DNA of 64,000 bases from Methanothrix sp. (lineage in GTDB: Archaea; Halobacteriota; Methanosarcinia; Methanotrichales; Methanotrichaceae), in NCBI GenBank assembly GCA_963682135.1, contig OY821645.1:1120001-1184000 (forward strand), written 5' to 3'. A program made the translations under genes and the position numbers. The first letter of the stretch is position 1. Each line of letters opens with the position of its first letter. Positions 31,888 through 44,950 of this stretch are shown in pieces. The notes beneath the pieces were generated by a model, which saw only the letters and a program-made list of their open reading frames with translations, was not told the origin of the DNA and ran no database searches.

Positions 31888-32994
31888 ATGATTGGGGTCT
31901 TAGGGTTAGAAGACGGTACAAGGGTAGAAGGTACCGGTTTTGGTGCGCCCGGTACGGTCTCGGGTGAACTGGTCTTTACTACCGTTATGTCCGGATATGA
32001 GGAGGCGTTAACAGACCCCTCTTACCACGGACAGATGCTCATGTTCACATATCCTCTGCAGGGTAATTACGGCATAAGCGGCGATGATATTCAATCTGAG
32101 CGGATGTGGCCGCGCGCCATGGTAAGCCGGGAATACTGGGATCGTCCAACACACTACCGTCATGCAAAAACGCTCAACCGTTTCCTCATTGATGAGGGCA
32201 AGCCTGGCTTATGTGATGTGGATACCCGCATGCTCACCTTGAAGGTAAGAGAGCTTGGTGTGATGAGGGCGACGCTTGCCGTTGGCGAGAGGAGAGATGT
32301 GCAGGACCTGGATGTGGTGGCGATGGCCCGGTCCCAGGCAGATATCTCGGCGCAAGATCTGCTGGGGGATGTGACCTGCAAATCACCTTATCGCATTGAG
32401 GGTCGTGGCCCTCGCATGACGGTACTGGATTTGGGCATTAAGAGGAATATTCTAAAAAGCCTTTCCTGCCGTGGATTCGATATAACTGTGCTTCCTGCGC
32501 ATGCCGACATCACTCAGATCGAGGCGACAGCGCCGCAGGCTCTCTTTGTCTCTAATGGGCCCGGCGATCCTGAAAGAGCTACCCAGGCCATCTCTGCTGT
32601 CCGACACTATGCGGGACAGATTCCCGTCTTTGGAATATGCCTGGGGCATCAGATCATATCCCTGGCTCTGGGTGCCCAGACCTTCAAGCTCAAATTCGGA
32701 CATCATGGCGGCAATCAGCCCGTCAAAGACCTGGAAAAGAAGATTGTCTACATCACCTCTCAGAACCACAACTTTGCCGTACGGCCCGGATCTGTGGAGG
32801 GCACGGATCTACAGATCACTCAACTGAATGCCAACGACGGTACGGTCGAGGGCATAAAGAGTGACAAGCTCGATGTTCTGGCGGTTCAGTATCACCCCGA
32901 AGCCCACCCAGGACCACTCTGCACGGAAGACCCATTCTTTGGATCTGTCTTGAGAATTATGAATGGCAAGAATGGAAAAGCCGGGAGGCGATAG
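31888..32994 (+). CDS. carA: Carbamoyl-phosphate synthase small subunit
   Basis: LTDPSYHGQ, SNGPGDP, GICLGHQ, QYHPEA. Confidence 0.97.
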   Translation: MIGVLGLEDGTRVEGTGFGAPGTVSGELVFTTVMSGYEEALTDPSYHGQMLMFTYPLQGNYGISGDDIQSERMWPRAMVSREYWDRPTHYRHAKTLNRFLIDEGKPGLCDVDTRMLTLKVRELGVMRATLAVGERRDVQDLDVVAMARSQADISAQDLLGDVTCKSPYRIEGRGPRMTVLDLGIKRNILKSLSCRGFDITVLPAHADITQIEATAPQALFVSNGPGDPERATQAISAVRHYAGQIPVFGICLGHQIISLALGAQTFKLKFGHHGGNQPVKDLEKKIVYITSQNHNFAVRPGSVEGTDLQITQLNANDGTVEGIKSDKLDVLAVQYHPEAHPGPLCTEDPFFGSVLRIMNGKNGKAGRR

Positions 32995-32996
32995 AG

Positions 32997-36212
<3,216 letters not shown>

Positions 36213-36215
<3 letters not shown>

Positions 36216-36260
36216 AATTTGCATAGGGCCGGGCACGATGCCGGCCCTATGCAAATTTCA
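36213..36260. terminator. Perfect 20-bp inverted repeat with 8-nt loop at the carB stop
   Basis: tgaaatttgcatagggccgg-gcacgatg-ccggccctatgcaaatttca. Confidence 0.6.
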
Positions 36261-36325
36261 GTTTAGCTATTTTCAAGTCTGGCCGAAGACTTTATATGCA
36301 AGTATGCGATAGGGAAGGTGCTTGC

Positions 36326-36399
36326 GGGCCCGTGGTCTAGCTGGTTATGACGTCGCCTTGACATGGCGGAGGTCATGCGTTCGAATCGCGTCGGGCCCA
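36326..36399 (+). tRNA. tRNA-Val(GAC)
   Basis: TCGCC-TT-GAC-AT-GGCGG anticodon arm; TTTATA box upstream. Confidence 0.95.
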
Positions 36400-36404
36400 C
36401 TTGA

Positions 36405-36477
<73 letters not shown>

Positions 36478-36486
36478 TGTATTTTT

Positions 36487-36660
36487 ATGAAGTTTATTTT
36501 CCAAACAGATACTGCCCTTTTTTTGGCGGAGGTATTCGGGGTCGGGCTCTCGGAAGTTGATGAGATGATCCTGAGTCGCTTTGAATTTGAATTTGAAGCT
36601 GAGGAGATGAGATCCAAAGAGAGTGGATTATGGCCTCAAGAGCTGTGGGTGGGGAGGTGA
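36487..36660 (+). pseudogene. Remnant paralog of the 41129-41395 ORF
   Basis: LAEVFGVGLSEVDEMI...SKESGLWP versus LAEVFGVGLPEVDEMI...SKESGVWP. Confidence 0.6.
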
Positions 36661-36785
36661 TTCCTCATTTCCAGAACCGCCACCATCCCTTTCCTGATCT
36701 CTTCCTCGACCGACTTCAGGGCAAACTGAGACCGCCTAGATTGAATCCTATGCATTTGCAGAAGGGTAAGATATTTTGCAGTTGA

Positions 36786-37124
<339 letters not shown>

Positions 37125-37359
37125 CCTATTAAATATTAAAATATCTATTCGTAATGATAATATTATTGTCTCACGAATTCTCTGATTTTGCTTTTCTTTC
37201 CGGCTCCGCAGGGATCGGGTACAGATCTATATATCTTGTCTCCATATCTCTTCAATTCAATCTGCTTCTTTCCTTCTTGCCGTGGTTTGGCAAGTATCAA
37301 GAGGATACGATGACGCGGAGACTGTGGATGGCTTGACATTTCCAGACTGTTGCCGCCTT

Positions 37360-38649
37360 TTATCTCATATATTTCTTAGCAAAGGTGGCAATAAAACCTG
37401 CCCACAAAAATGTTCCTACTATCGTCTCTGCCATTGCCACATATGTGTACAAATCAGATGTTGTCTTATAACCTGTAGTTCCTGGATTAATGATGGCGGC
37501 GATATATCCTGGAGCAATGGCAGTGACAAAGCTAATTTTAATACAGTCTAATAAACCTGCAGCAAATTCGTTAGCTCCGATTATTCGGACTATCCCTTCC
37601 CAATGCCAGAAAAAGAGGCCAAAAGCTAGTACTATTGCACCCCAGGAGATCATGAGCCTCTTTGGATGTACGCCATATCCGAAGATTCCTTGGATGAAGA
37701 TCCATTCAAATCCATCATACCAGAGATATCTCCATAGGGATCTTGGGAGAGACCTCCTGATAGGCCATACTTCAGTCTTCAGACAATCAACCAAGCTAAG
37801 CGGTGAATCCCATCTGATCCCTCTGATACCTTTCTGTATCCGCTTTGCCTCCATCTCCCGATAGAAGTGATATTCCTCCCCATCTCTGTCGCCTGCCCTT
37901 GCCAATACGTTCTTTGCCGTTCTGCACGCATCTTCTTGAGATTCCGCAAGGTTGAATACAGCCTTTCGGAATGTCACATGATTTCCTTCAAATCTGACTC
38001 CGCCAAAGGGGCCGAAGTAAGCATGGCCGTTTAACCTGGCTTCCATGAAAGAAGCATCCTGGCTGAATGTGGCTCCACTGAAGATGGTAAGCTCCATGAA
38101 CGTGGCTTTGGTGAAGCTGGCATTCTCGCTGAACTTGACATTTTTGAAGCTAACACTACTGCTGAATATGGCTTCCCTGAAGAAGGCATAACTGTTGAAC
38201 ATGGCTTTCTCAAATAAGGCAGGCCCTCTGAATGTGACCCCATTGAAAGAGGCATTATCGCCGCTGAATGTAGCTCCGTTGAAGTAAGCATTCTCGCTGA
38301 ACGCGGCTTTGTCGAAGAAGGCATTTCTGCTGAACATAGTTCCGCTGAAGTCGATTTTTTTTTGGAACAGGCATTTAATAAAATTGACATTTCTATCGAA
38401 CTTCGAATTTGTGATCGTTATCGAAGAGGATACAATTCTATATTTGGCGGGTTCATTTCTTATGTACTCGCCATCTGATTCGGCCATCAAGAATTTTCTA
38501 ACATAAAAATTATCATATGTAGGCGCAATGTCAAAGTTGCCTAGTACCCTAATGTGATCATAGTTGGCAGGCTCGCCTTTCTGGATCTTGTCTAATATCT
38601 CGCTGGCGGGAATTTCCGTTAGCTCTTTTAAGCAATTTTCTTCTGTCAT
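37360..38649 (-). CDS. Pentapeptide-repeat membrane protein
   Basis: Repeated A.F..A.F units; YHFYREMEAKR; GYGVHPKRL followed by TM helices. Confidence 0.88.
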   Translation of the reverse strand: MTEENCLKELTEIPASEILDKIQKGEPANYDHIRVLGNFDIAPTYDNFYVRKFLMAESDGEYIRNEPAKYRIVSSSITITNSKFDRNVNFIKCLFQKKIDFSGTMFSRNAFFDKAAFSENAYFNGATFSGDNASFNGVTFRGPALFEKAMFNSYAFFREAIFSSSVSFKNVKFSENASFTKATFMELTIFSGATFSQDASFMEARLNGHAYFGPFGGVRFEGNHVTFRKAVFNLAESQEDACRTAKNVLARAGDRDGEEYHFYREMEAKRIQKGIRGIRWDSPLSLVDCLKTEVWPIRRSLPRSLWRYLWYDGFEWIFIQGIFGYGVHPKRLMISWGAIVLAFGLFFWHWEGIVRIIGANEFAAGLLDCIKISFVTAIAPGYIAAIINPGTTGYKTTSDLYTYVAMAETIVGTFLWAGFIATFAKKYMR

Positions 38650-39177
38650 CAGCCATCACCGCTACCAGCTCTTAGCCTTGGCCTATTCCTGTGATGTGGT
38701 AATGATAGCTGAATGGTGCTTTGGGTGTGCTGCACACCTGGCCACGATTCATAGCCTCATTCCCCGCTTTATACAATCCTAATCACCTCATCAGTCAGCC
38801 CGCAAAGCTCGTAAACCAGGGTGTCTATCTGGCGGTCGGTGGCCTCGATCTGGCGCGGGATGGCAGTCTGCTCGTGGGGCGTGCGGGCCTCTTGGAGCTG
38901 CTTGTGGAGAGGGAGCATCAGATCCACTTGGGTTTCATTGTAATAGCCGGATCTGTCGGAATCCCTATTGCACTCAAACCTTTCCACAAGGTCTGCTATC
39001 TCTTTAGGTGACGCCAATTCTCTGCTCCTCCACGCAGTTATTCCCTGTTCAGGCGAAAAAGCTTGCGGAGGATTTTGAGATATTTCAATCTCGTCCTTTC
39101 GTAATCCTTATAGCCTAGCAGCAAGCAGTCTCTACCATGGCTGGAGCAAGTGAAAAAGTCATCATCCAGGATGCCAA
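38650..39177. repeat. ~530-bp diverged direct repeat, copy A
   Basis: Colinear with 42320-42851, e.g. shared ttattccctgttcaggcgaaaaagcttgcggagga and cagcaagcagtctcta. Confidence 0.9.
38769..39017 (-). pseudogene. Internally deleted type IIG R-M enzyme (N-terminus fused to C-terminus)
   Basis: PKEIADLVERFE.N...YNETQV joined to DLML.LHKQL...RQIEATDRQID.LVYEL.GLTDE.IRIV. Confidence 0.7.
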
Positions 39178-39295
39178 CGATGCCGCCCTGAAGAAATTTG
39201 AGGCGGGCCTCGCCAGGAGCATAAAACAGTATAAAGCTGGTGAAGTGGAAGCCTTTGATGACAAAGATGAGTTTATAAGAACTCTTATCGAGTAA
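39137..39295 (+). CDS. Putative antitoxin, 52 aa
   Basis: MAGASEKVIIQDANDAALKKFEAGLARSIKQYKAGEVEAFDDKDEFIRTLIE; TAATG overlap with the toxin. Confidence 0.7.
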   Translation: MAGASEKVIIQDANDAALKKFEAGLARSIKQYKAGEVEAFDDKDEFIRTLIE

Positions 39296-39543
39296 TGATA
39301 TATCACAATCACCGCACTCGGGAATTTAAAGAGAACTTCCAAAAGCTTACTCAAAAAAACAAAGCACTTGAAGTCAGGCTCGTTAAAAAGATCCTTCAGA
39401 TTCTCGATAATCCTTCGATCGGTGCTCCAAAAAGCCATAAACTGAGACATGCTCGCGGCTCGCATGTAGATCCTTATGTTATCGTTTATGGGATAAAGGA
39501 AGAAAGAATTCAATTTCTCCAATTGTGGAATTGCTATCTGTGA
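39295..39543 (+). CDS. RelE/ParE-superfamily toxin (C-terminus possibly truncated)
   Basis: TREFKENFQKL...ILDNPSIG...LRHARGSHVDPYVIVYGI. Confidence 0.75.
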   Translation: MIYHNHRTREFKENFQKLTQKNKALEVRLVKKILQILDNPSIGAPKSHKLRHARGSHVDPYVIVYGIKEERIQFLQLWNCYL

Positions 39544-39572
39544 ACTCTTTGAAATCAGATTGCTCAGAGCGA

Positions 39573-40007
39573 TTAGTCTGGTTTGGACAGTAACCAACCA
39601 TTGGCAGGTGTTTCGCTACCTTCAACAACTTTGATATAGCTGGGTTGTGGGTGGTTCTGAGCATCGACACAAATAGGCGAATTCTCTAATGAGTAATTCG
39701 CTATTCTGTTCAACTCATCCTCTCCAAGCATTTGCTCTATTATGCAATTATTCAAGCTCTCAAACGCCTCTACAAACATGGAATCGTCATTGATCGCATA
39801 GTAGTTGGCATTGCCGTGCCTGCTTGTAAGTTTCAGCACGTTCCATTTGATGAGCTTTTTTGTCACAGAGACCATGGTTTGGCGAGATATGCCTGTGCCG
39901 CGGGCAAGCTCGCTTACATTGAATTCCAGCCCCCGCAAAGGCAAGAGAAATTGAATTGCCCTTAGTTCGCTGGTGTCCCCCAACAGTCCTTCAAATGGTG
40001 CAGCCAT
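39573..40007 (-). CDS. Winged-helix DNA-binding protein
   Basis: FNVSELARGTGISRQT HTH; YYAIN wing. Confidence 0.8.
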   Translation of the reverse strand: MAAPFEGLLGDTSELRAIQFLLPLRGLEFNVSELARGTGISRQTMVSVTKKLIKWNVLKLTSRHGNANYYAINDDSMFVEAFESLNNCIIEQMLGEDELNRIANYSLENSPICVDAQNHPQPSYIKVVEGSETPANGWLLSKPD

Positions 40008-40079
40008 AGATCCTCCGATAATTAATCTTAATCTTACCTCATACTATTTAGTGATTTTGACATCGATGTCAACTTAGAT

Positions 40080-40382
40080 TTACAACTTATGAACTCTTCT
40101 CGTTAGTATTCTACCCTCAGTTGCATTATATCCATGTTGATTTAATGCATGACAAGCCATAGGTAGATCTGAGATGTAATATTTGGTATCCTTCTTTGGC
40201 ATCGGCGCAATATAGCCTTTTCTTTGGAGCCCCCTCGCGGTATCTTCAGGATCTTTGTTGAACTTGGCTCTAAACTGCTTGGCGATCTGCCCTAAATTGA
40301 AGCTTCTATTACTCCTTACGCATCGGTTCATATATAATACGTTGAGAATGAATAGCTCATCCGTCTCCAGGGTACAAACCAT
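40080..40382 (-). CDS. Hypothetical basic protein (possible winged helix)
   Basis: ~100-aa ORF, GGAGG RBS, LQRKGYI...KYYI. Confidence 0.55.
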   Translation of the reverse strand: MVCTLETDELFILNVLYMNRCVRSNRSFNLGQIAKQFRAKFNKDPEDTARGLQRKGYIAPMPKKDTKYYISDLPMACHALNQHGYNATEGRILTRRVHKL

Positions 40383-40484
40383 CCCTCCAACACCTACCAC
40401 ATCATCATAAATAAGTTTTGATGGGGAAAAGGCTTTGGGTATCGCCGAAAAAGCTGTTGAAATTAATACAAGGTATATCCTGCT

Positions 40485-40740
40485 TATTATTCCCAAACTG
40501 CGGTATGCACGCCAAATAGCCTCTTCTAGCCCCTTGAAGTCTATGTGGTCTTAGACGTCTATCGCTTCCCGCTTGAATCCAGCGAAGCGCCTGGATAAAT
40601 TCGCTCCTCGTCCCCCGAGCCTCAGACGAGTTGTGAACCAGTGATTGCAACAATGAGGACTGAAGAATCCCTCCATCCGCTCCGAATCGGGATTATGCAG
40701 GCTCACACGCGCTGCCACAGCCGTGACCGCCTTATAAGAT
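40485..40740 (-). pseudogene. Tyrosine recombinase/integrase C-terminal relic
   Basis: Across two frames: LHNPDSERME.FFSPHCC.HWFTT.LR, SEFIQALR, REAIDV*DHID, YLACIPQFG; frameshifts and a stop at the expected catalytic Tyr. Confidence 0.75.
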
Positions 40741-40743
40741 AGA

Positions 40744-40872
40744 TCAAATTCCTTCTTCCCGGCAGAACTCATCAAAGTCCATGTACTTGTCTTTCTCTTT
40801 GAGGAAACGCCTGTATTCCGCATCGGCATATTCTTCATCAGCAAGCACTTCGTTGGCAATTTCTGTTGCCAT
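40744..40872 (-). CDS. Small acidic antitoxin-like protein, 42 aa
   Basis: MATEIANEVLADEEYADAEYRRFLKEKDKYMDFDEFCREEGI. Confidence 0.5.
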   Translation of the reverse strand: MATEIANEVLADEEYADAEYRRFLKEKDKYMDFDEFCREEGI

Positions 40873-41128
40873 ATTTAATTCGCCGCCCTCTTTCCTTCTT
40901 CTTTCGGGATTCTCCATGTATTTCTGAGCCTGAAGAGATATCGCTATTTTGAATGCCACAAGACCACCACTCTCTCAAACCCTTTTTGTATTTCTGCTTC
41001 TTGACGTTTTCGCCAATCAGCTCATCTTCTCATTTGTATCTTGTTTATACTTTCTAATGTGTAAATATGTTTTATTGATATTGTTTTCCGGCCAAACTAC
41101 TTAACCTTACACGTAGAATCTGCTCTTC

Positions 41129-41395
41129 ATGGCAGGAGTCCTTGAGCAGCCATTCAGGCCGCAGAAAAGAGCCGTGGAGCATTGCCCAACCGAAATGAGC
41201 CAGAAGGCCCAGGAGCTGGAGGCGGCCAGGGAGATTCTGGCGGAGGTCTTCGGGGTCGGGCTCCCGGAGGTGGATGAGATGATCCGGGGCCGGCTAGAGG
41301 CTGAAGGCTCAAAAGAAAGTGGGGTGTGGCCGAGGAATTCTCACAAGAATAGTGCTTATTTCCAAAATTGCCACCAATGCTTGACCTCTTCGTAG
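41129..41395 (+). CDS. Hypothetical protein (LAEVFG family)
   Basis: 88-aa ORF; paralogous remnant at 36487. Confidence 0.55.
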   Translation: MAGVLEQPFRPQKRAVEHCPTEMSQKAQELEAAREILAEVFGVGLPEVDEMIRGRLEAEGSKESGVWPRNSHKNSAYFQNCHQCLTSS

Positions 41396-41829
41396 ATTTC
41401 CCTGCATCTTATACCATTGATACTTCTTTTATCTCTGTATTCAGTAAGTTCTTTAAATCTTTTTTTTGATTTGGAATTATCATAAAAGTAAACCAGAACA
41501 ATCAGCGTCAGTAATCCCAAGAAAATTGGCGTCGTACCTCTGGGCATATCTGGCACTTCAAGGATCAAGAAAATCCATATGCAAGCTTCAAAGAAAACAA
41601 ATGCATAAACATCAGTCAATCCTATATTTTGATTTTTATCTTCCAAATATATTGCGCATTATAGGTGATTGCATTCGTTTTGCTTCTTAGGCCTCTTCTT
41701 CCATTCCATGCCGCATTTTGTGACGAATTTTTTGAAATAACCATATTCTCCGCGGGGAGTCCAATCTTCTCCGCATGAGGTCCTGTATTCTTTTATCTCT
41801 CCATTTTCTGTCTGTAGTCGGACTACCAT
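41356..41829 (-). pseudogene. Two-TM membrane protein paralog with one in-frame TAA (41659-41661)
   Basis: MVVRLQTENGEIKEY...CGMEW...CNHL*CAIYL...WWQFWK, colinear with 41843-42307. Confidence 0.8.
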
Positions 41830-41842
41830 CCTTGTATCCTCC

Positions 41843-42307
41843 TTACCGCCAGAATTGCCACCAGTGTTTAGCCTTCGTTCCTTCCTGATCTTCAGAGATT
41901 TGGGTAGCCTTGATACCGTTGATTGTGCTCTTGTCTTGGTATTCGGTTAGATTTTTGAATTGTCTTATCGCACGGATTTCCCAGATTAAAAAGGCAAATG
42001 CCGCTAGAGTATAGAATCCTGATAACATAAGATAAAACTCTTGTCGTTCAAATCCAAATAGAATTAGCATGATTGCTGCAAACGTAATAAAAATCATAAA
42101 TATCACGAGCCCATGTTTCTTATTTTTTTCTGCTAAATATATTGCACAATCCAAATGATTGCATTCTTCATTTTGCTTGGGCTTATTTTTCCATTCAATT
42201 CCACATTTAGAAACGTATTTTTCAATAGGATAGTCTCCGCCGCCTATAATCTCTACGGTCTCGTATTCCTTGATTTTTCCTTCTGCAGTCTGTAATCGCA
42301 CCACCAT
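41843..42307 (-). CDS. Two-TM membrane protein with Cys/His N-domain and WWQFWR tail
   Basis: 154 aa; GGAG RBS; C..CNH.DC pattern; two hydrophobic helices. Confidence 0.75.
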   Translation of the reverse strand: MVVRLQTAEGKIKEYETVEIIGGGDYPIEKYVSKCGIEWKNKPKQNEECNHLDCAIYLAEKNKKHGLVIFMIFITFAAIMLILFGFERQEFYLMLSGFYTLAAFAFLIWEIRAIRQFKNLTEYQDKSTINGIKATQISEDQEGTKAKHWWQFWR

Positions 42308-42319
42308 TCTTTGCTCTCC

Positions 42320-42851
42320 TTATTTCCAGAACCGCCACCAGCCCTTTCTCTTGGCCTCCTCCTGGCTAGGTGGCAATGATAACGGGCTGATGCTTTGGGT
42401 GAGCTGCGCCACCTGGCCGCTATTCATGGCCTCATTTCCCTCCCTTCCACAATCCTGATCTCCTCTTTCGTCAGCCCGCAAAGCTCGTAGACCAGGACGT
42501 CTATCTGGCGATCGGTGGCCTCAATCTGGCGCGGGAGGGCGGTCTGCTTGTGAGGCATGCGGGCCACTTGGAGCTGCTTGTTAAGAGTAAGCATCTGATC
42601 CACCTTGGACTTTGTTTTAATGGCCGGATTTGTGGGACTCCTTATTGTTTTCAAACCTTTCCATAAGGTCCGCTATCTCTTCGTGTGCCGCCAATTCTCT
42701 GCTTCTCCATGCAATTATTCCCTGTTCAGGCGAAAAAGCTTGCGGAGGAAATTGAGACATTTCAATCTCGCCTTTTGTAATCCTCATAGCCTAACAGCAA
42801 GCAGTCTCTATCATGTCCGGAGCCACAGAGAGTGCAGCTATCCAAGATGCT
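42320..42851. repeat. ~530-bp diverged direct repeat, copy B (WWRFWK stub, deleted R-M stub, spacer, antitoxin 5' end)
   Basis: Colinear with 38650-39177. Confidence 0.9.
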
Positions 42852-43031
42852 ACAATCGGCGGGCACAGAAAGCTCCACTTGGAGACTCCCTCTCGTTCTA
42901 TTACACCGGCCATAGCAAACTGTATATATAATCATGATAGATCAGAGCCAGTCGGAGGGAAAGGCTATTAGTGCATCACCCACCATTCTAAGAAAGCCCG
43001 GCCGAAGACACCTGTCCTGGCCGATGGAGCT

Positions 43032-43271
43032 GTGACAAAATTGATCAAGAAAGCGAAGCATAGTGATGCCGTTATGACCGGCATTCTCGTTACCAAGTTC
43101 AAGATGGGCCAGATCGATGTCAAGGATCTGGAGCAGATGGCAGCCGATGCTACAAGAGTGGAGAGGTGCTCGGCAGCGAAGAAGGTGCTGGAGGCGTTGA
43201 GGGACTCGCCCGATTTTGTGCGCCAAGAAGCTTCGCAGTTGAACCGCAACGAAAACATAAAATTAGTTTAA
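43032..43271 (+). CDS. Hypothetical protein
   Basis: 79-aa ORF with GGAG before the GTG start. Confidence 0.5.
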   Translation: MTKLIKKAKHSDAVMTGILVTKFKMGQIDVKDLEQMAADATRVERCSAAKKVLEALRDSPDFVRQEASQLNRNENIKLV

Positions 43272-43314
43272 AATTTGAGGAATTAATTTGCGTACGACAA
43301 TAGGTGGAGAGATA

Positions 43315-44136
43315 GTGGAAATTAAATTGTCCAAACTATGGCCATTGCTGGTGATCTTGGCAGTCGTCGTAGTTGTGTTCTTTGGGCCGATCTATACAAT
43401 TGATGCAACCGAACGTGGTGTGCTTCTGACCTGGGGAAAGGTCAGCGATAAATCCATCGATCCGGGAATACATTTCCGAATTCCAATAGTGCAGAGCGTT
43501 GAGCGGTTCAATGTGAAGACCCAGAAATATGAAGCTGAGGGGACGGCTGCCTCCAAGGATTTGCAGACGGTCAATACCAAGGTGGCGGTAATCTACCATC
43601 TGAGGCCGGAAAGCGTGCCCAAGATCTATGCCGAACTGGGACAGTATTATGGCGAGAGCATTATCCAGCCCACCGTGCAGGAAGTGCTGAAGGCGAGTGC
43701 GTCCAAGTTCAGTGCCGAACAATTGATTACAAACCGGTCGACGGTGGCCAGCACCATCCAGGATTTGTTATCTTCGAGACTTCTACCCTACGGAATTGTT
43801 GTGGAGTCAACTGCTATCACTGACTTTAAGTTCAGCGATTCGTTTACCCAGGCAATTGAAGCAAAGGTGACCGCCTCGCAACAGATGCTAAAAGCGGAAA
43901 CTGATCTAAAGCGCATTCAGGTGGAGGCACAACAAAAAGTCACCCAGGCAAAAGCAGAAGCTGACGCATTGAATCTGCAAAAGCAAGCCATCACACCCGA
44001 ACTGATCGAACTGCGCAAAGTTGAGATGCAGACCAAAGCCGTGGAGAAGTGGGACGGCAAATTGCCAATGTACACAGGCGGCGCTATGCCCTTCCTGGAT
44101 GTGACAACGATAGCCTCGGCTGGTAAGACTGCCTAG
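43315..44136 (+). CDS. SPFH/prohibitin (band 7) family protein
   Basis: TM anchor, ERGVLLTWGKV, PGIHFRIP, SKDLQTV, AIEAKV, EKWDGKLP. Confidence 0.92.
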   Translation: MEIKLSKLWPLLVILAVVVVVFFGPIYTIDATERGVLLTWGKVSDKSIDPGIHFRIPIVQSVERFNVKTQKYEAEGTAASKDLQTVNTKVAVIYHLRPESVPKIYAELGQYYGESIIQPTVQEVLKASASKFSAEQLITNRSTVASTIQDLLSSRLLPYGIVVESTAITDFKFSDSFTQAIEAKVTASQQMLKAETDLKRIQVEAQQKVTQAKAEADALNLQKQAITPELIELRKVEMQTKAVEKWDGKLPMYTGGAMPFLDVTTIASAGKTA

Positions 44137-44179
44137 ATGCCTTATTGCCAAGGCTACAAGGACTTGCTCCGCCGGGAGA

Positions 44180-44950
44180 TCACCTCACCTCAGTATTCTC
44201 AAAGAGATATGCCCCCAAGAACAGCATGACTGCGCAGCAGATCGCCAGAACCGCCAAATCCACCACAGGGGAAAATGTGCTCGTGCCGATCAGGCTGTAC
44301 CTTAAGCCGTCCACGCCATAGGTAAGAGGATTGAGGTAGGCAAGGTACCTTATCAACTCAGGGAATCTATCCAGTGGATAGAGCGCTCCGGACAGAAAGA
44401 ACAATGGAAATATGAGGAAGTTCATGATCAGGCTGAATCCGGACATATCTTTCATCTTGGAAGAAAAGGCCAGCCCGATGCCAATGAAGGTCGCGGCTAC
44501 CAGGACCATGAATACCAGAGACAACAGGATTCCGGCAAGGCTTGGCATCCTCATTCCCATGATTATCCCTGCAACAAGTATGATCAAGGCTTGCAGAACT
44601 CCTGTAGTCAAGCCTCCTGCAGTTCGCCCCAGGACTATGGCAATTCTGCTTACGGGCGCGACCATTATCTCTTTTAAAAAGCCGAACTCCCGGTCCCAGA
44701 GGACGGAAAGACCTGCAAAGGTGGCTGAGAAGAGCAATGTCATACCTATGATCCCGGGAGTCAGGAAGCTGACGTAGTCTAAACCTGACGGGATGCCAGG
44801 CATGGTTGTGCTTCCGCCAAATCCGATCCCCAGAAAAGCCAGGAAGAAGAAGGGCGAAGCTATGGACCCAAAGAGGCGGCTCTTCAGACGGAAGAAGCGC
44901 AGCATCTCACGAAGCCAGATGCTGTAAATGGCATTGAGATCCTGCCTCAT
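44180..44950 (-). CDS. ABC-2 type exporter permease
   Basis: DREFGFLKEIMVAPVSR; FFLSGALYP; NPLTYGVD. Confidence 0.92.
   Translation of the reverse strand: MRQDLNAIYSIWLREMLRFFRLKSRLFGSIASPFFFLAFLGIGFGGSTTMPGIPSGLDYVSFLTPGIIGMTLLFSATFAGLSVLWDREFGFLKEIMVAPVSRIAIVLGRTAGGLTTGVLQALIILVAGIIMGMRMPSLAGILLSLVFMVLVAATFIGIGLAFSSKMKDMSGFSLIMNFLIFPLFFLSGALYPLDRFPELIRYLAYLNPLTYGVDGLRYSLIGTSTFSPVVDLAVLAICCAVMLFLGAYLFENTEVR

Noticed and set aside
37163-37339. 58-aa minus-strand ORF (MSSHPQSPRHRILLILAK...) after the pentapeptide gene
   Set aside because: Possibly a decayed small HTH gene, but the support is too weak to call.
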